64,000 nucleotides of DNA from an uncultured Fibrobacterota bacterium. Lineage in GTDB: Bacteria > Fibrobacterota > Chitinivibrionia > Chitinivibrionales > FEN-1185. The notes under the pieces are model-generated. The model saw only the letters and a program-made list of their open reading frames with translations, was not told where the DNA came from and made no database searches. Where the stretch lies: positions 1 through 64,000 of the forward strand of contig CAVSQB010000009.1 in NCBI GenBank assembly GCA_963729895.1. Direction: 5' to 3'. Below, in pieces: positions 51,853 to 60,020 of this stretch. The stretch's first letter is position 1. Every line of letters starts with the position of its first letter. The position numbers and the translations under genes are program-made.

Positions 51853-52320
51853 TTATTTTCCGACCTTCGCCTTGGTTTTCTTCGCAACAGGTTTTTTTCC
51901 CGCAACCGCACCCTTCACCAGTTCACGCCTCAGCGTCTGCGCCTTCTTGTCGAACTCACCCTCTTTCGCAAGCATCTCCGCCGGAGCAAACCCGTCCCGT
52001 ACGGCCATGTGCCGGAGCGCGCGCATGACATCGGTAAAATTCACCTGCTGGGGACACCGGGCATAGCACCGGTAGCACATCATGCACAGCCAGATCGCGG
52101 GCGACGCCAGAACTTCCTGACGCATGCCGTAGAGCACCTTGCGGATGATGGTCCTGCAGTTGTACTCCTCGTCGATGTTCGTGACGGGACACCCGGCCGC
52201 GCAGGTGCCGCAGGCGAAACATTTCGTGATGTTCGCCCCGCCGGGCATGAGCGCCACTTCGTCCCGGAAGGTAGGATCGAGTTCTTCTACGACTATGACC
52301 TCTGAGTTACTTTTTGTCAT
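51853..52320 (-). CDS. hdrC: heterodisulfide reductase subunit C-like 4Fe-4S protein
   Basis: CFACGTCAAGCP, IWLCMMCYRCYARCPQ. Confidence 0.85.
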   Translation of the reverse strand: MTKSNSEVIVVEELDPTFRDEVALMPGGANITKCFACGTCAAGCPVTNIDEEYNCRTIIRKVLYGMRQEVLASPAIWLCMMCYRCYARCPQQVNFTDVMRALRHMAVRDGFAPAEMLAKEGEFDKKAQTLRRELVKGAVAGKKPVAKKTKAKVGK

Positions 52321-52359
52321 GATCAATCCACCTCTTGTATTTCTCAGAATTCCGCTTTT

Positions 52360-52431
52360 CAATCTTCAATCGACAATTCTTCCAGGGATTTTCACTCAAT
52401 CCGCAATCTACAATCTAAAATCTGCAATTCT
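52360..52431. repeat. heptamer tandem repeats (CAATCNN)
   Basis: CAATCTT CAATCGA CAATTCT and CAATCCG CAATCTA CAATCTA AAATCTG CAATTCT between metV and hdrC. Confidence 0.75.
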
Positions 52432-52432
52432 T

Positions 52433-53125
52433 CTACGCCTTCGGCCCCATCCCTGCAATGCACTGATCTTCGCGCACCACTTTCCGTGCACCGCCGTCAT
52501 TTGACGTGGACCAGTCCTGCGGAACTGCGAGCGACTCAAGCATCGAAACTTTGTTCAGCGCCTTTGCCCGATCGTAGATGAGCTGCCACGCGCAATCCGT
52601 TTGGTCGCTCACTTCGCATTTACCGTTTCTGGAACTGCCGCACGGGCCGTTCAACTGCCGTTTGGAGCAACGGGTGATGGGACAAATTCCAAAGTACTGG
52701 CCCAGCCGGCAATTGCCGCAGCCCGCGCACTTCTCGGCCCACACTCCTTGCGATTCAAGAATTCCCATGAACTGCGTGTTGAGGCCGGGATACACTGCGG
52801 TTTTGGGAAACCGTTCGGCAAGCGCCTGGACCCCTGCACCGCAGCCGAGCGACAGGACCGCGTCGTAGTCGCCGACCCGCTGGCTCAACACGTCGATGAA
52901 CGCGTCTTCGCACTGGCGTTCGATGGTACACTCATGCACCACCACGCTTTCGCGTCCGGCAAGCTTGAGCGACATACGCAGCGCGGAACCTATGATGCCG
53001 GTCTCGCGCTCGCCTCCGGCAAGACATACGGTGACGCAGGTGCCGCAGCCCACAACGAGCACGCGCTTGTAGTCCTTTACCATGTCGCGAATTTCCGGAA
53101 TCTTCTTACGGTCGGCAACGATCAT
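52433..53125 (-). CDS. metV: MetV-like protein (methylenetetrahydrofolate reductase C-terminal domain family)
   Basis: GCGTCVTVCLAGG, RQCE, GCGAGVQ, CAGCGNC, GICPITRCSK..LNGPCG, CAWQLIY. Confidence 0.88.
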   Translation of the reverse strand: MIVADRKKIPEIRDMVKDYKRVLVVGCGTCVTVCLAGGERETGIIGSALRMSLKLAGRESVVVHECTIERQCEDAFIDVLSQRVGDYDAVLSLGCGAGVQALAERFPKTAVYPGLNTQFMGILESQGVWAEKCAGCGNCRLGQYFGICPITRCSKRQLNGPCGSSRNGKCEVSDQTDCAWQLIYDRAKALNKVSMLESLAVPQDWSTSNDGGARKVVREDQCIAGMGPKA

Positions 53126-53604
53126 CTGTTTCCTCCTTGAACGGCCTGTTCGGCCTGGGCCGCCATCTCGGCGATACCGCTTTCCAAATGCGTTTCACTC
53201 CTGTGCAGTGGACTTACGCCGAGCGGCGCAATGCGCGCATTCATTTCCTTTACGATCTCCGCAAACCGCGGACCTTCGGCGGACGAGAGGTTAAACATCT
53301 CCAGGCGCTCGGGCTCGATTCCGATTTCAGCAAGGATCTGCTTTACACGCTGGACCCGTTTCCTGGCCCGCAAATTTCCTTCGAGGAAATGGCACCCGCC
53401 CTCAAGGCAGCCCGCCACCAAGACTCCGTCCACGCCTTTTTCAAACGCGGCAAGAAGGTAATTCTCCTCGATCTTCCCGGTGCACGGGAACCGCAGCACG
53501 CGCACGTTTGAAGGATACTGCAGGCGCATGGATCCCGCCATGTCGGCCGCGGCATACGCGCAGTAGTGGCAGCAGAAGGCCAGGATCACGGGTTGTCGGG
53601 TCAT
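53122..53604 (-). CDS. mvhD: MvhD-type [2Fe-2S] subunit (second copy)
   Basis: FCCHYCAYAAAD, RFPCTGK, GCLEGGCHF..GN, NLSSAEG. Confidence 0.9.
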   Translation of the reverse strand: MTRQPVILAFCCHYCAYAAADMAGSMRLQYPSNVRVLRFPCTGKIEENYLLAAFEKGVDGVLVAGCLEGGCHFLEGNLRARKRVQRVKQILAEIGIEPERLEMFNLSSAEGPRFAEIVKEMNARIAPLGVSPLHRSETHLESGIAEMAAQAEQAVQGGNR

Positions 53605-53634
53605 TTTCGTATTTGTCCTGTCAAAAGAAAACTC

Positions 53635-53761
53635 TCACCGCAAAGACGCAAAGGTCGCAAAGAAAAATCGAATAGTTAAGAGCAACATTGCTTTCGTTGC
53701 AAATTTCTGTCACAATTTTGGTAACTTTTTTGACTTCGCGTTCTTTGCGCCTTTGCGGTGA
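53635..53761. repeat. gene-less element with inverted CGCAAAG arms
   Basis: TCACCGCAAAGACGCAAAGGTCGCAAAGA ... CTTCGCGTTCTTTGCGCCTTTGCGGTGA. Confidence 0.85.
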
Positions 53762-53774
53762 ATCTTATGTCTTT

Positions 53775-56700
53775 CTATTTCTTCCATCTGGGCTGTGCCA
53801 CGCCAACCTGTTCCAGATACATAGTCTCCGCGGGCTTCTCTTCAAACGACCCGGCAAGCAGGCTGTTTATAGCGCCGAGTATCTGCACATCGAGATAATG
53901 GTGCAGCGTGATCGCCTTTGCGGGACACGACGATGTGCAGCTTCCGCAGCCCATGCACACCGCGCCCTGAACTTCCGCCTTGTTGTCCTTGCCGATCTGC
54001 GGCGCCAGGTACGGACACACATGCACGCAGGTCATGCACGCGATGCACTTGGCCGGGTCCACCCAGGCGGTCTGCGCGCCCACGGGCATTACTTTACGCG
54101 AGAGAATCGACGCGGATCTCGCCGCAACCGCGTTTGCCTGCGCTATGGTCTCACTGATGAATTTGGGCGCATGCGCCGTGCCGCACAGGAAGAGTCCTTC
54201 GCTGGCGAAATCCACCGGCCGCAGCTTGACATGCGCTTCCAGGAAAAATCCGTCGGCGTTGAGCGGAACGCGCAGCAGATCCGACAGTTCCTGACGGTCG
54301 TCGCGCGCAACGATAGGCGCGGCAAGCACGAGAAGATCGGGCGTCATGATGAGTTCGCGTCCGAGAATCTTGTCCGTGACGCGCACCGTGAGCCCGGCAT
54401 CCGTGCTCACGTCCGGAAGGCGCTTGTCGTCGTACCGGATGAACATGATCCCTTTTTCGCGCGCCTCGCGGTACGCAGCTTCCCGGAACCCGTAAGTGCG
54501 CATTTCGCGATACAGCACGAGGATTTTCGCCTTGAGATAGCGCTTGCGCAGAAGGAGCGCGTTTTTGACCGCCGTCGTGCAGCATACCCTGCTGCAGTAC
54601 GGGCGCTCGTCGTTTCGCTGCTCAACGCACTGTATCATCACAATCGTGGACTTGTCCGGCAAAGCAAGCTCATTTCTCGCGATGCGGCCGGACAGTTCGA
54701 GCTGCGTAATGACCTTGTCGATTTTCCCGTAACCGAACGATTTCGGTTTGAGTTCTCGTGCGCCGCTCGCAAGGATCACAACCCCGTGTTCCACCTTGAG
54801 CGTCGCTTCCGGCGTAACAATGTCCGAGGTGAAATCACCCACGTGGCCGTCGACTTTCTTAACCGTGGAATGCAGATACACTTTGATACGCGGATGGGAT
54901 GCCACCCGTTCGATCAGGCTCGACACAAACGCCGACACGTCGCTCTTGTCAAGAGTCTCGTGAATGTCCCGCGCCATGCCGCCCAGGATATTTTCCTTTT
55001 CCACAAGGTGCACCTGGTATCCCTGGTCTGCAATGGAAAGCCCTGCGGTCATGCCGCCGACGCCTCCGCCGATAATGAGCGCGGCGTTCTTTACGGGCAC
55101 CGTTGATTCCACCAGCGGAAGAAGTCCCACGGTGCGGCCCACGGTCATGCGAACCAAATCTTTGGCCTTCTCGGTTGCCTTTTCAGGTTCGGCGGAATGC
55201 ACCCACGAGCATTGGTCGCGGATGTTCGCCATTTCAAGCAGGTACGGATTGAGCCCGGCATCGCGGAGCGTATCGCGGAAGATGGCCTCATGCGTGCGCG
55301 GCGTGCACGATGCCACGATCACGCGGTTGAGACGATGCTTGATGATTTTGTCCTTGATCTGGTTCTGGGTGTCGTCTGCGCATGTGTAAACGTTGCGTTC
55401 CGCAAGCACGACATACGGCAGTTTTCTGGTACGCTGCACCACCGCTTCCACGTCCACCACCGAGGCGATGTTGCTGCCGCAATGGCAGATAAACACGCCC
55501 ACGCGCGGCGGTTCGTCGGTAACGTCGCGCTCCGGCGGATAGATTTTCGTCTTTACACGCGTTCCGCGGGCCGGTGCAAGCAGCGCCATGGCCTTGGCGG
55601 CAACGGCCGATGCCTGCATCACGGTATCGGGAATGTCCTTGGGCTCGCTCAGCGCGCCGCCGACAAACACCCCGGGCCGCGATGTTTCCAAAGGAGAAAG
55701 CTCGCCGGTCCCTACAAATCCCCACCGGTTCACCATCACGTTGAACCGTTCGATCTGTTCCTTGAGGCTTGCGCTGGGTTCAAGACCAAGCGACAGCACG
55801 ACCAGATCGTGTTCCGCCGTGATGCAGCGGTTGTCCTCGCCCATATATGTTATCTTTAGATTTTTGGTGTCGTTGACCTGTTCAACAGACGAGGGACGGC
55901 ACCGGACGTACGAAACGCCCATTTCTTTTGCGCGGTTGTAATACCGGTCGAAATCCTTGCCGTAGGCACGTATATCCATATAATAAACGGTGACCGCGGT
56001 GTCGGGCTCGTGCTGTTTTGCGAGAATGGCTTCCTTGGTCGCGGCCATGCAGCACACCGATGAGCAGTAATCGTTGCACATTTTGGAATCGCGCGATCCC
56101 ACGCACTGAATAAACGCGAGGCTCTTGGGGGTAGTGTTATCGGAAGGCCGGCGCACGTGGCCCTGTGTTGGACCGGCGGCCGAAAGCAACCGCTCAAACT
56201 GGGTATTGGCGATGACGTTGGCGTCGAAACCCGAACCGTATTCGATGCGCCGCATCGGGTCAAATGCGGAAAATCCGGGCGTGAGCAATACTGCGCCCAC
56301 GTCAAGCTCCCGGACCGTTTCTTCCTGCTCGTAGTCGATTGCGCCCGCGCCGCACACTTTTGCACACAGCCCGCACTCGCCCGTTGTGAGGTGCACGCAG
56401 GTTTTGCGGTCTATCGCGGGAACGCGGGGCACTGCCTGCGGATGCGCCATGTCGATATTCGGACGCGCTTCGAGATATTGATTATACGCCGTGTAATGTT
56501 TTTTTGCGGCAATCGTCGCAACGTGCGTATGGTCCGACGCCCCCGTGGGGCACACAAAATCGCATGCTCCGCACACCTGGCACTGCTCGCTTTTTTCATC
56601 GTACGCTGGCAGCACTTCCCGTTTTGCCCCGCGGCCGAACATGCTGATTGCACCCCTGCCCATGAGATCACCGCACACCTTGACGCACAAACCGCACAGG

Positions 56701-57095
56701 ATGCATTCGCCATCGGGCTTTTTCTCAAACGGCGTGGATGTCACGCCGAGAGATGCGGCGAATTCCGCGAGTTTCTTCGATTTCGGCGCTTCGGCAAGAA
56801 GCAGCTCAAGAATGATCTTCCGGTTCTCCCTGACACCGGCCGTGTCGGTTCTTACCGTCATGCCGTTTTCCACGGGGTAGTTGCATGACGAAACCTGTTT
56901 GGGCCCGCGGGGAGTTTCCAGTTCCACAATGCAAACCCGGCACGCGCCGATTGGTTCCATGCCCCGGTAATTGCAAAGCGTTGGTATGGAAATTCCCATC
57001 TGCCGCGCCGTATCCAGGATGGTTGTGCCAGGGGATACCTCGGATGTGCGTCCGTCAATGGTGATGCCGATCTTGTCTGGAGCTGATGTTTCCAT
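53775..57095 (-). CDS. fusion: NuoG/HydA-like N-terminal Fe-S module plus HdrA lacking its first approx. 115 residues
   Basis: IPTLC..GACRVC..SSC, CILCGLC, CQVCGAC; then PQAVP, QCVGSRD, SCTPRTHE, NIRDQCSWVH, GGGVGG, C-terminal ferredoxin. Confidence 0.85.
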   Translation of the reverse strand: METSAPDKIGITIDGRTSEVSPGTTILDTARQMGISIPTLCNYRGMEPIGACRVCIVELETPRGPKQVSSCNYPVENGMTVRTDTAGVRENRKIILELLLAEAPKSKKLAEFAASLGVTSTPFEKKPDGECILCGLCVKVCGDLMGRGAISMFGRGAKREVLPAYDEKSEQCQVCGACDFVCPTGASDHTHVATIAAKKHYTAYNQYLEARPNIDMAHPQAVPRVPAIDRKTCVHLTTGECGLCAKVCGAGAIDYEQEETVRELDVGAVLLTPGFSAFDPMRRIEYGSGFDANVIANTQFERLLSAAGPTQGHVRRPSDNTTPKSLAFIQCVGSRDSKMCNDYCSSVCCMAATKEAILAKQHEPDTAVTVYYMDIRAYGKDFDRYYNRAKEMGVSYVRCRPSSVEQVNDTKNLKITYMGEDNRCITAEHDLVVLSLGLEPSASLKEQIERFNVMVNRWGFVGTGELSPLETSRPGVFVGGALSEPKDIPDTVMQASAVAAKAMALLAPARGTRVKTKIYPPERDVTDEPPRVGVFICHCGSNIASVVDVEAVVQRTRKLPYVVLAERNVYTCADDTQNQIKDKIIKHRLNRVIVASCTPRTHEAIFRDTLRDAGLNPYLLEMANIRDQCSWVHSAEPEKATEKAKDLVRMTVGRTVGLLPLVESTVPVKNAALIIGGGVGGMTAGLSIADQGYQVHLVEKENILGGMARDIHETLDKSDVSAFVSSLIERVASHPRIKVYLHSTVKKVDGHVGDFTSDIVTPEATLKVEHGVVILASGARELKPKSFGYGKIDKVITQLELSGRIARNELALPDKSTIVMIQCVEQRNDERPYCSRVCCTTAVKNALLLRKRYLKAKILVLYREMRTYGFREAAYREAREKGIMFIRYDDKRLPDVSTDAGLTVRVTDKILGRELIMTPDLLVLAAPIVARDDRQELSDLLRVPLNADGFFLEAHVKLRPVDFASEGLFLCGTAHAPKFISETIAQANAVAARSASILSRKVMPVGAQTAWVDPAKCIACMTCVHVCPYLAPQIGKDNKAEVQGAVCMGCGSCTSSCPAKAITLHHYLDVQILGAINSLLAGSFEEKPAETMYLEQVGVAQPRWKK

Positions 57096-57096
57096 G

Positions 57097-58839
57097 TTAT
57101 GCTTTTTTCATTTCGCACACGCCGGCCGGACATTTCCGTCCCGCGATGTGCATGTCGAGATCGTCCCGGAAATGGAGCAGCGCGTTTGTCACCGGACCGG
57201 ACGCGGTGGTGCCGAGCCCGCACACGCTTGCGGCGTTCATTGCCCTGCTGAGCCGCTCGAGCTGTTCGATGGTTTCGGCATTACCCTTTCCCTCGCAGAT
57301 CCTATTCAACATGCCGTACATCTGCCTGGTGCCTTCCCGGCACGGCGTACACCTGCCGCACGACTCGTCCACAAAGAACCCGAGCAAGAATCGCGTCATG
57401 TCAACCACGCAGGAATCGGAGTCCATCACGATGATGCCGCCGGTCCCCATATTGGCGGACTTTCCCGGCACGTCCTGCGAGTCTATTGCCAGGTCGAGCA
57501 TGGACGGCGGCACGCAGCCGATTGACGGCCCGCCCACCTGCACTGCCTTGCATGCCTTATCTCCGCGGATGCCGCCTCCCATTCCGTAAATCATGTCACG
57601 CAGGGTGATCCCGAACGGCACTTCCACCAGTCCGGAAGTTTTTACCGACCCTTCGAGGGAGAAAATCGTCGTGCCGGTCGTCGTCTTCGATCCGATGGAG
57701 GCGTACCACTGCGATCCCCTGGTAATAATCGGCGCAACGCTTGCCCAGGTCTTGACATTGTTCACAACCGTCGGCTTGCCCCAGAGACCCGCGGTCACGG
57801 GAAACGGCGGCCTGCCGCGCGGCTCGCCGGAATGGCCTTCAATGGATTCGATGAGCCCGGTCTCCTCGCCGCACACGTATGCGCCCGCGCCGCGGCGCAC
57901 GCTCAGGCGGAAACTCCAGCCTGAACCGAAAATATCGTCGCCGAGTATCCCATGCTTTTCCGCTTCCGCAATTGCGTGTTCAAGCGTGGTGATGGCGAGA
58001 GGGTATTCGCTGCGGACATAGACATATCCCTGCCTCGCGCCTATCGCGTAGGATCCGATGATCATGCCCTCGATAATCGCGTGCGGGTCGCCTTCGATCA
58101 CGCTGCGGTCCATGGAGGATCCGGGTGCGCCCTCGTCCGCATTGCACACGACATATTTCACATCGCCTTTCGCGTTCCGCGCGAACCGCCATTTCTGGCC
58201 GGTGGGGAAATACGCGCCGCCCCGCCCGCGCAGGCCCGAGGCCGTGATCTCGTCGAGCACGTTCTCAGGTTTCATCGACGAAAGCGCCTTCTGCGCTCCC
58301 CGGTATGCTCCGCGTGCGATGGATTCTTCTATAGACATCGGATCAATGGAACCGCAGTTCCGCATGATCACTTTTTTCTGGTGCCGGAAGAAATCGAGCT
58401 TTGACCATTCCGGAATTCCCTCTGCCGCCGGGCTCGAACCGTAACAATGGACGTCACCGGTGGACACATGCTCTTCAGAGGAGAACCTGCCGAGCGGCTT
58501 TTCGCCGCCGAAATTGCCTTTTGTGAAATATGCCGTGAGCACGGAACGGGTTTTCCGGGCCGTCATGCCGCCGAAGCTCACACGCGGGCCGCCCGGCATA
58601 ACGATGTCGAGCAGGGGCTCCTGGCTGCAGAAACCGATGCAGCCGGTGCGCGACACGGTGGCGTCGGCCTTACATTTCTTTACAGTTGCAAGCGCCGCCT
58701 CCTCCACTTTGCGCGCACCCATGGCAAGCCCGCAGGTGCCGGACCCGATGAGGATCTTCAGCTTCTTCGGATACAGCGAGGCGCTGCCGAGAGCCGCAAG
58801 CCTGTCGAGATCGACCATGGTTTTCACCGCAGTGCTCAT
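57097..58839 (-). CDS. NuoF/HydB-like FMN/NAD(P)H-binding subunit
   Basis: GRGGAYFP, CNADEG, GAGAYVCGEET, NNVKT, ESCGRCTPCR, CGLG; no C-terminal ferredoxin domain. Confidence 0.9.
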   Translation of the reverse strand: MSTAVKTMVDLDRLAALGSASLYPKKLKILIGSGTCGLAMGARKVEEAALATVKKCKADATVSRTGCIGFCSQEPLLDIVMPGGPRVSFGGMTARKTRSVLTAYFTKGNFGGEKPLGRFSSEEHVSTGDVHCYGSSPAAEGIPEWSKLDFFRHQKKVIMRNCGSIDPMSIEESIARGAYRGAQKALSSMKPENVLDEITASGLRGRGGAYFPTGQKWRFARNAKGDVKYVVCNADEGAPGSSMDRSVIEGDPHAIIEGMIIGSYAIGARQGYVYVRSEYPLAITTLEHAIAEAEKHGILGDDIFGSGWSFRLSVRRGAGAYVCGEETGLIESIEGHSGEPRGRPPFPVTAGLWGKPTVVNNVKTWASVAPIITRGSQWYASIGSKTTTGTTIFSLEGSVKTSGLVEVPFGITLRDMIYGMGGGIRGDKACKAVQVGGPSIGCVPPSMLDLAIDSQDVPGKSANMGTGGIIVMDSDSCVVDMTRFLLGFFVDESCGRCTPCREGTRQMYGMLNRICEGKGNAETIEQLERLSRAMNAASVCGLGTTASGPVTNALLHFRDDLDMHIAGRKCPAGVCEMKKA

Positions 58840-59744
58840 GAGAATTGTTCCAGTATCGCGTCCATATCTTCGGGATCAACCTTGCCGAAGCTCACGTCGT
58901 CGATGCGCATGGACGGCGACAAGGCGCACAGGCCCAGGCAGCGCACGGTACGCAAGGTAAAGCGTCCGGTCGTGTCGGTTCCGCCGTCGCTCACGCCGAG
59001 TTTCTTTTCGAGAAGAGAGAGCAACGCGCCGGAATGCTGCGAGTGGCAGCTTGTGCCGCTGCATACCTGGATAACGTGGCGCCCGGCCGGCTCGAACCTC
59101 ATCTTGTCGTAAAAACTCGCCACCTTGAGGGCGCTCGCCAGCGGAATGGCGAGCCGCGACGCAGCGTGTTCCACAATGGGGCGCGGCAGAAAGCCGTAGG
59201 TCCTGTTGGTTGCCTCGAGCACGGGCATCAGCGCGCCCGCATCACCCTGGTGCTTTGCAATGATATCCGTCAGAAATGCCTCATCTTTTTTGTCAAGTTT
59301 GGCGGCGGGCTTTGGTTCCGTCACGGTCCTTGGAATGTTTCGCACCGGGCATCGCTCTATGCAGTCGCCGCAGCCGGTGCATTTGTCCTGGTCAACGAAG
59401 CGCGGCCTGGTTCTCACGGTTGCCTTGAAATTCCCAGCCTCGCCCTCGAGTTTCACCACCTCGGACATGGTAATCACGTCGATGTTCAGGTCGCGCATGC
59501 AGGCGACAACCTTCGGTGAAATGATGCATGTGGCGCAGTCGCCCGTGGGAAATGTCTTGTCGAGCCGCGCCATGTTTCCTCCGATGGTGGCGCTCTCCTC
59601 AACAAGATACACGTAGAACCCTGCTGCGGAAAGATCCAACGATGCCTGAATGCCCGCGATCCCGCCGCCGCATACAAGCACGGCGCCTACAGGCTCTTTC
59701 TTGGCTTTAGCCGGGACCGGTTCCTTAAGAGTTTCCGCGATCAT
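58836..59744 (-). CDS. fusion: HdrA N-terminal FAD-binding segment plus NuoE-like [2Fe-2S] domain
   Basis: GGGIAG, LDKTFPTGDCATC, CTGCGDCIERCPV; then LMPVLE..YGFLP, VCSGTSC, CLGLCALSP. Confidence 0.85.
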   Translation of the reverse strand: MIAETLKEPVPAKAKKEPVGAVLVCGGGIAGIQASLDLSAAGFYVYLVEESATIGGNMARLDKTFPTGDCATCIISPKVVACMRDLNIDVITMSEVVKLEGEAGNFKATVRTRPRFVDQDKCTGCGDCIERCPVRNIPRTVTEPKPAAKLDKKDEAFLTDIIAKHQGDAGALMPVLEATNRTYGFLPRPIVEHAASRLAIPLASALKVASFYDKMRFEPAGRHVIQVCSGTSCHSQHSGALLSLLEKKLGVSDGGTDTTGRFTLRTVRCLGLCALSPSMRIDDVSFGKVDPEDMDAILEQFS

Positions 59745-59786
59745 GACGTTTTGTCCCTTTTTGTTCCGTCAAAAGAAATGCAAGAC

Positions 59787-59905
59787 TCACCGCAAAGACA
59801 CAAAGGTCGCAAAGGAATGCAGAATTGTTACGTCAAGAAAGTTGACAATATGCTGCATTTGCTCTATTTCCAGTTTTCTTTGCGTCCTTCGCGCCTTTGC
59901 GGTAA
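59787..59905. repeat. gene-less element with inverted CGCAAAG arms
   Basis: TCACCGCAAAGACACAAAGGTCGCAAAG ... CTTTGCGTCCTTCGCGCCTTTGCGGTAA. Confidence 0.85.
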
Positions 59906-59979
59906 ATCTCCTCTTCCGAACGATCAATTTCCAGGATCTTTCCCTTCACCGGTAAAAGCCTAACGTACTCTCCGGTACT

Positions 59980-60009
59980 TCTCTGTGTTCTCCGTGTCTC
60001 CGTGGTGAA
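59980..60009 (-). repeat. TCACCACGGAG-type arm (partner degenerate)
   Basis: Reverse complement TTCACCACGGAGACACGGAGAACACAGAGA, 11 nt after the stop at 60021. Confidence 0.7.
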
Positions 60010-60020
60010 TCCTATTCCCC

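Noticed and set aside
48266..57095. Selenocysteine recoding in MvhD/HdrA
   Set aside because: The relevant positions are Cys codons in uninterrupted ORFs; no in-frame TGA is needed
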